53,234 nucleotides of DNA from an uncultured Candidatus Saccharibacteria bacterium (lineage in GTDB: Bacteria > Patescibacteriota > Minisyncoccia > Minisyncoccales > Staskawiczbacteraceae), in NCBI GenBank assembly GCA_964366875.1, contig CAYIVF010000002.1, positions 1-53,234 of the forward strand, in the 5' to 3' direction. Under the pieces are notes generated by a model. That model was not told where the DNA came from. It searched no databases and saw nothing but the letters and a program-made list of their open reading frames with translations. This document shows, one piece after another, positions 46,385 through 53,234 of the stretch. Within the stretch, counting starts at the first letter, position 1, and every line of letters starts with the position of its first letter. Position numbers and translations under genes: made by a program.

Positions 46385-46412
46385 TGATTATGATTTTTGG
46401 CAGAGGTATAAT
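46384..46412 (+). promoter_or_regulatory. sigma70-type promoter of the 46431-50811 operon
   Basis: TTGATT-17 nt-TATAAT. Confidence 0.55.
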
Positions 46413-46430
46413 GGAATAAAGAATATTTCA

Positions 46431-46655
46431 ATGGATATTTTTAATATATTGCTTATAATCCTGCTGATACTGACGGCGGTTTATTATATTGTGTTTTTTT
46501 CCTTTATTTTTTATTGGCACTTAAAAAAAACCTCCTTTGTGGTGGTGCCGCTCATTTTTACTTTTGATTTTTTCCTTATAGGGTTTTTAATTATTTCAAT
46601 ACTATCTATTGTTATTAAATATTTTCCATATTTAATTAAATTAACAGGCATATGA
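46431..46655 (+). CDS. small two-TM membrane protein
   Basis: The 74-aa product has two long hydrophobic segments. It overlaps the next gene as ATGA. Confidence 0.55.
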   Translation: MDIFNILLIILLILTAVYYIVFFSFIFYWHLKKTSFVVVPLIFTFDFFLIGFLIISILSIVIKYFPYLIKLTGI

Positions 46656-48052
46656 AAGTAAAAGATTTTCTTTTTTGGACAGAGTGGGTTAAGAAAGTGA
46701 TTTGGGACCCTTTTTGGTGGGTGATTTTGTTTTTGATTATTTTATGGGTGCCTTTTTTAAGAGTCTGGTGGTGGATTTTTCTGCCCTTGATGCTTCAAAG
46801 ACAGATGAGAACGCTTTATTTATGGTGGATTGACTGGGATTATGATTATGTTACTAAACACAAATGGGTGTTATTGGAGGTGATTCCGCCAAAAGAGGTT
46901 TTAGCTCCCTATAAAGCCATGGAGGATGTGTTTGCGGCAATATGGCCTTTAATAGATACGGCAAACTTTAGGGAAATATGGTGCGACGGAGAATTAGCCA
47001 ATGGGCCTTACTGGTGCTCTTGGGAAATGGCCAGCATTGAGGGTAAAATCCATTTTTATTTAAGATTTTTGCAGCAACACCGCCTTAGTGTTGAAACAGC
47101 GCTTTATGCTCATTATCCCGATATAGAAATCAGCGAGGTTTCAGATTATGTAAAGCTTGTTCCCCCTACTGTGCCCAATGACGAATGGGACATGTACGGA
47201 GAGGACTGGGATTTTTATAGAGAGGATGCTTTTCCAATGAAGACGTATGAAAAGTTTTTTGAGCCGCAGGGCGAAAGAATTACAGCTGAAGAGAAAAGAA
47301 TTGACCCAATGCTTTCTTTGCTTGAAAGCATGTCAAGAATAGGTCCGGGGGAGCATTATTGGGTGCAATTTATCACGGTTCCCATAACAGAGCACGATGA
47401 GCCGGATTGGCAAAAAGAGGGAGAAAAAATAATTAATAAATTATCCAAGCGCCAGGAAAAGAAAGAGCCCACTCTTTTAGAGGATTTAGGTTATATGACA
47501 AGGCAAGTTATTTTGGGTCCTGAAAAAGAGGGGTCGGGCGAAGGAGCTAAATATAGCTGGTTGGAACAGACAAAGTCTGAGACAGGCGAAAGGGAAATGG
47601 TTATTACCCCGGGCGAAAGAGAGATTATTGCTGAAATTGAAAACAAAATGAAAAAACCGGTTTTCAGGACGACTATAAGAGGGGTTTATGTTGCTAAGCG
47701 CGAGAACTTTAAAGTGCCGCATAGAGTGATTATGAGGTCATATATGGGGCATTTTGCTACTGTTAATTTAAATCATTTCAGATTTCAGCCCAAGACAAGG
47801 CCAAGAGTCCATTTTTTTTGGAGAGAGAGAAGAGTATTTTTAAGGGCAAGAAAAATGTTTAGAAATACTGTTTTAAGATTCCCGCCATTGTTTCCAAATA
47901 GGATGAGCGATGATTTAAACCCAATTTTAAGCACAGAAGAAATGGCAACTTTATTTCACTTCCCGTTAAGAGTTACAGGCATGGTAGTCCCGACTATGGC
48001 AAAAGTTGAATCTAAGAAAGGCGGTCCTCCGCCCAACTTGCCCGTTGAGTAA
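46652..48052 (+). CDS. bitopic membrane protein with a large soluble domain (unknown family), partner of the downstream ATPase
   Basis: The 466-aa product has two Trp-rich N-terminal TM helices (FWWVILFLIILWVPFL and VWWWIFLPLML). Its conserved-looking C-terminal motif LSTEEMATLFHFP is followed by a basic/Pro tail. Confidence 0.6.
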   Translation: MKVKDFLFWTEWVKKVIWDPFWWVILFLIILWVPFLRVWWWIFLPLMLQRQMRTLYLWWIDWDYDYVTKHKWVLLEVIPPKEVLAPYKAMEDVFAAIWPLIDTANFREIWCDGELANGPYWCSWEMASIEGKIHFYLRFLQQHRLSVETALYAHYPDIEISEVSDYVKLVPPTVPNDEWDMYGEDWDFYREDAFPMKTYEKFFEPQGERITAEEKRIDPMLSLLESMSRIGPGEHYWVQFITVPITEHDEPDWQKEGEKIINKLSKRQEKKEPTLLEDLGYMTRQVILGPEKEGSGEGAKYSWLEQTKSETGEREMVITPGEREIIAEIENKMKKPVFRTTIRGVYVAKRENFKVPHRVIMRSYMGHFATVNLNHFRFQPKTRPRVHFFWRERRVFLRARKMFRNTVLRFPPLFPNRMSDDLNPILSTEEMATLFHFPLRVTGMVVPTMAKVESKKGGPPPNLPVE

Positions 48053-48067
48053 AACAAAAAAATAAAA

Positions 48068-49774
48068 ATGAAGAGCGAAACTGTTTTTTTTGGACTAACT
48101 ACTTTTAGAAACCAGCGCAAGAAATTTGGCATTAAAACCGACGACAGGCGGAGGCATTTTTACTGTCTTGGAAAAACCGGCATGGGAAAATCCAATATGA
48201 TGGAAAGCATGGCCATACAGGATATTCAGGCGGGCCGCGGAGTGGCCTATGTGGATCCGCACGGAGAGGGAGCTACAAAACTTCTTGATTTTGTGCCGGC
48301 AAAAAGAATCAACGACGTTGTATATTTAAACCCAGCTGACTTAGACTATCCTGTTGCTTTTAACGTAATGGAAAGGGTTGATTTCAGATACAGGCACCTG
48401 GTAGCCGGCGGTCTTATGGGCGTTTTTAAAAAAGTGTGGCCAGATGTTTGGTCAGCTCGCATGGAATATATTTTGAACAATTCCATATTAGCTCTTTTAG
48501 AGTATCCCGACTCAACAATTCTCGGCATAAATAGAATGTTAGCTGACGTAGAATACAGAGAAAAAGTGGTTTCTAAAATTACAGACCCCATAGTGAAATC
48601 TTTTTGGGTTACAGAATACGCCAGATACACCCAGCGTTATGAGATTGAAGCTACGGCTGCCATACAAAACAAAGTAGGCCAGTTTATTTCCAACCCCTTG
48701 ATAAGAAACATTATCGGCCAGACAAAATCCACCATAAATATGCGAGACATTATGGACAAAGAAAAGATAATGATTATGGATTTAGCGAAAGGAAGAATTG
48801 GCGAAGACAACTCCAGGCTTTTGGGAGCGCTTTTAATTACAAAACTGCAATTAGCTGCCATGTCCAGAGTTGATATTCTTGAAGAGGACAGAAAAGACTT
48901 TTATTTGTATGTAGACGAGTTCCAAAACTTTGCTACGGAATCCTTTGCAAATATTTTGTCTGAAGCTAGAAAATACAGATTAAATATTACTTTGGGCCAC
49001 CAATATATTACTCAAATGGAAGAAGAAGTAAGAGACGCAGTTTTTGGCAACGTAGGAACTTTGGCTGTTTTCAGGATTGGAGCCGAAGACGCAGAATTTT
49101 TAGAAAGAGAATTTTCGCCTCAGTTTACCGCTGAAGATTTAGTTAATCTGCCAAAATACAATATTTATTTAAAATTAATGATTGACGGAGTTGCTGGTCA
49201 CCCCTTTTCAGCTGAAACCCTTCCTCCGCCAATACCCTTAGAAGAATCAAACAAAGAAAAAATTATCAAAGCGTCAAGAGAAAGATACGGCATTAAAAAA
49301 GAAATAGTTGAAGATAAAATTTCTCGCTGGTCGGGATTCGCAGAGGAACAAACAAATAAGAACAAACCAAGAGACCAGCAGCAAAACAATCCCCCAACAA
49401 ACCAAGCGAATCAAACACTGCTTTACGATGCAGTTTGTTCTAATTGCGGAAAACCCACAAAAGTTGTTTTTCCGCCAGAAAAGGGAAGGCCTGTTTATTG
49501 TAAATCCTGCTTAAAGAAGATGAAATCTCCCAACCAAGATTCTTTTGGGCAGGAGGTTTTAAAAGTAGAAAATATCCCATTTCATAATCCTAAAAGAAGG
49601 CCGGAAGACAAGCCCAAATCCGCGCATGGGCGGAAAGAGATTAATTTATCTGAGCTTAAAAAAGCATTAGAAGAATCGCTGGAAGGGGAGAATGCAAGCG
49701 ATGAGGAATCGGAGCAGGAGGAAGGGGGCGACAAAAAAGGAGTTATAAAACCAGGCCAGACGGTGCATCTATGA
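48068..49774 (+). CDS. FtsK/HerA-superfamily P-loop ATPase of the VirD4/TraD (type IV coupling protein)-like type, lacking a TM anchor, with a C-terminal zinc ribbon and disordered tail
   Basis: CLGKTGMGKSN is Walker A and DFYLYVDEFQNF is Walker B. RKYRLNITLGHQY is present. The C-terminal CSNCGKPTKVVFPPEKGRPVYCKSCLKK is flanked by Q/N/P- and E/K-rich segments. Confidence 0.7.
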   Translation: MKSETVFFGLTTFRNQRKKFGIKTDDRRRHFYCLGKTGMGKSNMMESMAIQDIQAGRGVAYVDPHGEGATKLLDFVPAKRINDVVYLNPADLDYPVAFNVMERVDFRYRHLVAGGLMGVFKKVWPDVWSARMEYILNNSILALLEYPDSTILGINRMLADVEYREKVVSKITDPIVKSFWVTEYARYTQRYEIEATAAIQNKVGQFISNPLIRNIIGQTKSTINMRDIMDKEKIMIMDLAKGRIGEDNSRLLGALLITKLQLAAMSRVDILEEDRKDFYLYVDEFQNFATESFANILSEARKYRLNITLGHQYITQMEEEVRDAVFGNVGTLAVFRIGAEDAEFLEREFSPQFTAEDLVNLPKYNIYLKLMIDGVAGHPFSAETLPPPIPLEESNKEKIIKASRERYGIKKEIVEDKISRWSGFAEEQTNKNKPRDQQQNNPPTNQANQTLLYDAVCSNCGKPTKVVFPPEKGRPVYCKSCLKKMKSPNQDSFGQEVLKVENIPFHNPKRRPEDKPKSAHGRKEINLSELKKALEESLEGENASDEESEQEEGGDKKGVIKPGQTVHL

Positions 49775-50811
49775 AAACCCTCAAAGATATTAATGTAATA
49801 AACAAAAAAGTTTTGGTAAGATGCGATTTTAACGTACCCGTAGATGAGCAAGGAAATATTTTAGATGATTTTAGGATTAGACAATCTCTTTTCACCATAA
49901 ACCGCTTGATAGAAAGCAAAGCCAAGATAATCTTAATGAGCCATTTAGATCCTAAAAGCACAGGAGTCGCAGACTCAAAGTTTAATCTAAATAAAGTAGC
50001 AGAGAAATTATCAGAATATTTAGGTTTTTCGGTAGCTAAGGCAGATAATTGCATTGGTCCTGAAATAGAAAGTTATGCTGATAATTTAGAGCCGGGGCAG
50101 ATTCTTTTGCTAGAAAATCTAAGGTTTCACAAAGAAGAGGAAGCAGGGGACTTAGAATTTGCAAAGAAGCTCGCGTATCTTGCCGAAGTTTATGTTAACG
50201 ACGCTTTTTCGGTTTGTCACAGAGAACATGCTTCAATTACCGCAGTTCCCATACTTCTGCCTCATTGCGCAGGGCTTTTGTTAGAAAAAGAAATCACAAA
50301 CTTAGATAAACTCTTGCAAGACCCGCAAAAACCGATGGTAGCCGTAATAGGAGGGAAAAAAGTGGAGACAAAGTCAAAATTTATTGATAAAATTTCAGAG
50401 TCAGCCGACTGCGTTATAATCAGCGGTCTTATCAAAAAAGAAGTTCAAGAAAAGAAAATTCAATTTAAAGAGCCGGAAAAAATATTGGGCCCTTTAGACT
50501 TTTTAGATGGTTTGGATATTGACCAAAAAACAACAGATATATTTTGCGAAAAGATATTGCAGGCAAAGACAGTTGTGTGGAATGGTCCCTTTGGAAAGTT
50601 TGAGGATGAAAAATACGCCCGGGGAACCTTGGCAATTGCTAATGCGATTATTGAAAGCGGAGCTTATTCTGTTGTTGGCGGGGGAGAGACAGTTGAATTT
50701 ATAACTAAACAGGGTATAATTGAAAAGTTCAGTCATGTTTCAACTGGCGGCGGAGCAATGCTGCAATATTTATCCGGCGAAAAATTGCCAGGTTTAGAAG
50801 CGCTGAACTAA
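49771..50811 (+). CDS. pgk: phosphoglycerate kinase (compact form, 346 aa)
   Basis: VLVRCDFNVPVD, ILMSHL, LLENLRFHKEEE, VWNGPFGKFE and STGGGAMLQYLSG are present. It overlaps the ATPase gene as ATGA. Confidence 0.9.
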   Translation: MKTLKDINVINKKVLVRCDFNVPVDEQGNILDDFRIRQSLFTINRLIESKAKIILMSHLDPKSTGVADSKFNLNKVAEKLSEYLGFSVAKADNCIGPEIESYADNLEPGQILLLENLRFHKEEEAGDLEFAKKLAYLAEVYVNDAFSVCHREHASITAVPILLPHCAGLLLEKEITNLDKLLQDPQKPMVAVIGGKKVETKSKFIDKISESADCVIISGLIKKEVQEKKIQFKEPEKILGPLDFLDGLDIDQKTTDIFCEKILQAKTVVWNGPFGKFEDEKYARGTLAIANAIIESGAYSVVGGGETVEFITKQGIIEKFSHVSTGGGAMLQYLSGEKLPGLEALN

Positions 50812-50884
50812 TCAGAAATAAAAATATTTTTTAGTTCGGGTTGGCCGTGGGCGAGGCGCGCTAAAAAATATTTTTATTTCTGAT
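50811..50884. repeat. 24-bp perfect inverted repeat with a 26-nt GC-rich centre
   Basis: atcagaaataaaaatattttttag (50811-34) pairs with ctaaaaaatatttttatttctgat (50861-84). The centre is ttcgggttggccgtgggcgaggcgcg. Confidence 0.95.
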
Positions 50885-50898
50885 AAGCGTATATCGGT

Positions 50899-52047
50899 AT
50901 GTTTCAAAAGATAAAAAACATAGAAAAAGCAGCAGAAAGAATAAAGAAAGCGGTCCAAAACAAGGAGCGTATTATTTTGTACGGCGACTCTGACCTGGAC
51001 GGCATATCATCTGTTGTTATTTTAGAGGAGGCGATAAAAAGTTTAGGAGGGCAGGTAGACTCAGTTTTTTTTCCCGACAGAGAAAACGACGGTTATGGAA
51101 TAAACCTAAATGCTTTAAATCTTTTAAAAGATAAAGCACCGGCGCTTTTTATAACCTTGGATTTAGGTATTGGGAACGTTAAAGAAGTTGAGCTCGCTAA
51201 CAAAATGGGTTTTGAGGTTATAATCGTAGACCACCACGAGACTTTAACCAGTCCTCCCGAAGCTTCTATAGTAGTTGACCCAAAACAAAAAACAGATGAT
51301 TATCCATTTAAAGGACTGGCAAATGTCGGAGTAACCTTTAATCTTTGCGAAGAGCTTTTGGGAGATAAAATTTCTCAAAACCTAAGAAATAGTTTTTTAG
51401 AGCTGGCCGCCTTAGGAACCATTGCTGATATGGTGCCGCAAATTGAACAAAATAAAAGAATTATTGAAGAAGGATTAAGATCTTTAAAAAACACTTTCCG
51501 CCCGGCATTAAGGGCGTTTTTAGATATTTTAGGTTCAGGTTATGTTTTTGAAGGGTCTATGCAGAAAATAATTTCAGCTTTGAATGCGGCAGAGAGCGTA
51601 AACTTTGAAAACGAGTCGTACTCGCTTTTAACCTGCTCCTCTGTCAAAAAATGTAAAGAAACGGCTCAGATACTTTTAGATAAAAACCAGTATAAACAAC
51701 AGCAAGTCAAAAATATTATACAAGAAGTAGAAAGAAGAATTTCGCAAAACCCAGACCAATCTTTTATTTTTGAAGGAGATACTGCCTGGCACTTAACCTT
51801 AGCGGGTTCTGTAGCATCTATAATTTGCCAAAAATATGAAAAGCCTGTTTTCATTTTTAAAAAAATGGATTTAGAATCCTGCGGCTCAGTCAGAAATCCA
51901 AAAGGCACAAATTCTGTAGATGCCATGAAAACCTGTTCTGATTTTTTAATGACCTTCGGCGGCCATGCGCAAGCTTCTGGATTTCGCATAAAAAACGAGA
52001 ACTTGGATAAATTTAAAGATTGTTTAAACAAATATTTTAGGAAATAA
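50899..52047 (+). CDS. DHH/DHHA1 phosphoesterase, short RecJ-like exonuclease (or NrnA-like)
   Basis: YGDSDLDGISS, IIVDHH and GGHAQASGF (the DHHA1 GGH motif) are present. At 382 aa it is shorter than canonical RecJ. Confidence 0.7.
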   Translation: MFQKIKNIEKAAERIKKAVQNKERIILYGDSDLDGISSVVILEEAIKSLGGQVDSVFFPDRENDGYGINLNALNLLKDKAPALFITLDLGIGNVKEVELANKMGFEVIIVDHHETLTSPPEASIVVDPKQKTDDYPFKGLANVGVTFNLCEELLGDKISQNLRNSFLELAALGTIADMVPQIEQNKRIIEEGLRSLKNTFRPALRAFLDILGSGYVFEGSMQKIISALNAAESVNFENESYSLLTCSSVKKCKETAQILLDKNQYKQQQVKNIIQEVERRISQNPDQSFIFEGDTAWHLTLAGSVASIICQKYEKPVFIFKKMDLESCGSVRNPKGTNSVDAMKTCSDFLMTFGGHAQASGFRIKNENLDKFKDCLNKYFRK

Positions 52048-52106
52048 ACGCAAAGGAGACTCCTTGCGGAGCCTCCAAGCTTTAGAAATCTTGGTTATTT
52101 CTAACC
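52042..52106 (-). ncRNA. candidate ~65-nt small RNA, convergent with the recJ-like gene
   Basis: It lies downstream of the minus-strand promoter at 52113-52142. The predicted RNA is GGUUAGAAAUAACCAAGAUUUCUAAAGCUU-GGAGGCUCC-GCAA-GGAGUCUCC-UUUGCGUUUAUUUCC. Hairpin 2 is fully paired (with one G.U) and GNRA-capped only in the minus-strand sense, and is followed by a U-rich tract. Confidence 0.35.
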
Positions 52107-52112
52107 AACTTT

Positions 52113-52142
52113 ATTATAGCAAATACATACACCCCTTGTCAA
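52113..52142 (-). promoter_or_regulatory. minus-strand promoter of the TTGACAAGGGG class
   Basis: The reverse complement reads TTGACAAGGGGTGTATGTATTTGC-TATAAT (18-nt spacer). It shares the 11-mer TTGACAAGGGG with the rnpB promoter. Confidence 0.45.
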
Positions 52143-52179
52143 TAGGTTGTCAATCAAGAAATAATTAAAAAATAAAATT

Positions 52180-52662
52180 ATGGAACCGGAAAATCTTTTA
52201 AAAGGGAGAATGGCTGAAAGTTTAATAGAAGAATTACTTAAAAAATGTGGCAATAAAGTCTATCGTTTTGGCTACGAAGCCGTTTTACAGAATTTGACTC
52301 AATTAGAAAGAGTATTTGATAGAGAAAGCGAAATGGGTCACAGAATTAGTTCTATTCCTGACTTTATTGTAATCAATAAACAAGGAAAACCATTTTTAGT
52401 TGAGGTTAAATTTAGAACAGATTTAGTCGTTTTCAATAGTAATGAAATCAGACGCCTTGAGTTTATTGAGAAATTCTGGAAAGCAAAAATAATTTTACTA
52501 ACAACTCAACAACCTTATTTTAGAGTTTCTAATAGTCCTTATTTAAACGAAAAACAAGAATGGAATTGGATTCCCATAAAAGAAGATTCTAATTTTGAAA
52601 TTTCTGACGATATTTTAGGAGAGTTTAATAAATTATTAGAAAAATATTATAAAAAAATATGA
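52180..52662 (+). CDS. PD-(D/E)xK nuclease-fold protein (YraN/UPF0102-like)
   Basis: GRMAESLIEELLKKCG...IPDFIVINKQGKPFLVEVKFR gives the E...D...(E/V)xK arrangement of restriction-endonuclease-like proteins. Confidence 0.45.
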   Translation: MEPENLLKGRMAESLIEELLKKCGNKVYRFGYEAVLQNLTQLERVFDRESEMGHRISSIPDFIVINKQGKPFLVEVKFRTDLVVFNSNEIRRLEFIEKFWKAKIILLTTQQPYFRVSNSPYLNEKQEWNWIPIKEDSNFEISDDILGEFNKLLEKYYKKI

Positions 52663-53102
52663 AAAAGATAATTATTTATACTGACGGCGGGTCAAGGGGG
52701 AATCCGGGCAAGGCGGGAATTGGAGTTGTTTTTTGCAATGAAAGAGAACAGATAATTAAAAAATATGGAGAATACTTGGGAGACAATCTGACAAACAACG
52801 AGGCAGAATACTTAGCTGTAATTTTTGCTTTAAAAAAGTTTAAAGCGTTATTTGGCAAGGCCATAGCCGAAACCTCAGACGTTGAAGTAAAAGCTGATTC
52901 TGAATTACTGGTGAAACAGCTCAATGGAGAATATAAAATTTTAGACGAAAAAATCCAGAAATTATTTATAGATGTCTGGAATCTAAAATTAGATTTTAAG
53001 TCAGTAAAGTTCAAACACACCCCTCGGGAAAAAAACAAGGAAGCAGACAGGTTGGTTAACGAGGCGCTAGACCAAGAGGCAGGAGCCAAATCGTTATTTT
53101 AG
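52659..53102 (+). CDS. rnhA: ribonuclease HI
   Basis: IIYTDGGSRGNPGKAGIGVV, NNEAEYLAVIFAL, DSELLVKQLNGEYK and NKEADRLVNEAL supply the DEDD catalytic residues. It overlaps the upstream gene as ATGA. Confidence 0.9.
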   Translation: MKKIIIYTDGGSRGNPGKAGIGVVFCNEREQIIKKYGEYLGDNLTNNEAEYLAVIFALKKFKALFGKAIAETSDVEVKADSELLVKQLNGEYKILDEKIQKLFIDVWNLKLDFKSVKFKHTPREKNKEADRLVNEALDQEAGAKSLF

Positions 53103-53105
53103 CGC

Positions 53106-53134
53106 TTGACAAGGGGGTAAAAATAGGCTATTAT
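53106..53134 (+). promoter_or_regulatory. rnpB promoter
   Basis: TTGACA-17 nt (agggggtaaaaataggc)-TATTAT. Confidence 0.6.
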
Positions 53135-53140
53135 ACAGGT

Positions 53141-53234
53141 GTCTCAGCAAGATGAGTGATTGCTCTTTATACGAAATAAGGAGAGGAAAGTCCGAACACC
53201 AACGTCCTTTTTAAAGGAGTTAAAATAATAGCGG
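53141..53234 (+). ncRNA. rnpB: RNase P RNA, 5' portion (truncated by the window end)
   Basis: The universal CR-I motif GAGAGGAAAGUCCGAACACCA lies at about 53181-53201 (E. coli has GAGGAAAGUCCGGGCUCCA). It is about 40 nt downstream of the predicted start, with a short P3-like hairpin agcaa...ttgct before it. Confidence 0.8.

Noticed and set aside
49308-49514. A 68-aa plus-strand ORF in an alternative frame inside the ATPase gene tail.
   Set aside because: It is embedded in the low-complexity 3' region of a coding gene, with no RBS or motif. An alternative-frame ORF in Lys/Gln-rich coding sequence is expected by chance.

Overview
The window is AT-rich and tightly packed, with many ATGA/TAATG start-stop overlaps. 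TGA is used as a stop codon, so the standard code applies. I found no rRNA, tRNA, CRISPR array, integrase or transposase. The gene content suggests a Patescibacteria/CPR (Parcubacteria-like) genome, but that is inference only. The supporting signs are compact SecA/SecD/SecF, shortened Pgk and RecJ-like proteins, many nucleotide house-cleaning and salvage enzymes, a very large surface-glycan locus and almost no core biosynthesis.

Layout:
- nt 1-28,061: a ~28 kb glycan locus. It encodes a GDP-heptose pathway (GmhA, HddA, an HddC-GmhB fusion) with a deoxy-heptose-type tailoring triad. It also encodes GDP-fucose and GDP-rhamnose-type enzymes (Gmd, Fcl, Rmd-like), a GT10 alpha-1,3-fucosyltransferase, five methyltransferase-like genes, several GT4/GT2 enzymes and a GT-C-like membrane protein with a perfect 24-bp tandem duplication. 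A PglF/PglE/PglC-like amino-sugar and priming module completes it.
- 28-35 kb: a secreted HExxH protein with a peptidoglycan-binding domain, murB, hpf, a SpeA-like decarboxylase and secA.
- 35.2-38.0 kb: two orphan copies of the secA 3' coding tail bracket GC-richer cargo (a homocysteine S-methyltransferase domain and a Dabb protein).
- 38-46 kb: a CAP-domain protein, a YjjX/MazG-like/YfcE trio, a second cassette flanked by 52-bp direct repeats that duplicate a gene 3' end, and secD and secF split by a NUDIX gene plus two DNPH1/Rcl-like genes.
- 46.4-49.8 kb: a three-gene module (small membrane protein, bitopic 466-aa protein, anchorless VirD4/TraD-like ATPase with a zinc ribbon) translationally coupled to pgk. 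This is my best candidate for an undescribed system.
- 50-53 kb: a RecJ-like protein, a candidate minus-strand sRNA, a PD-(D/E)xK protein coupled to RNase HI, and the 5' part of RNase P RNA.

All functional calls come from motif recognition by eye. No database search was run.
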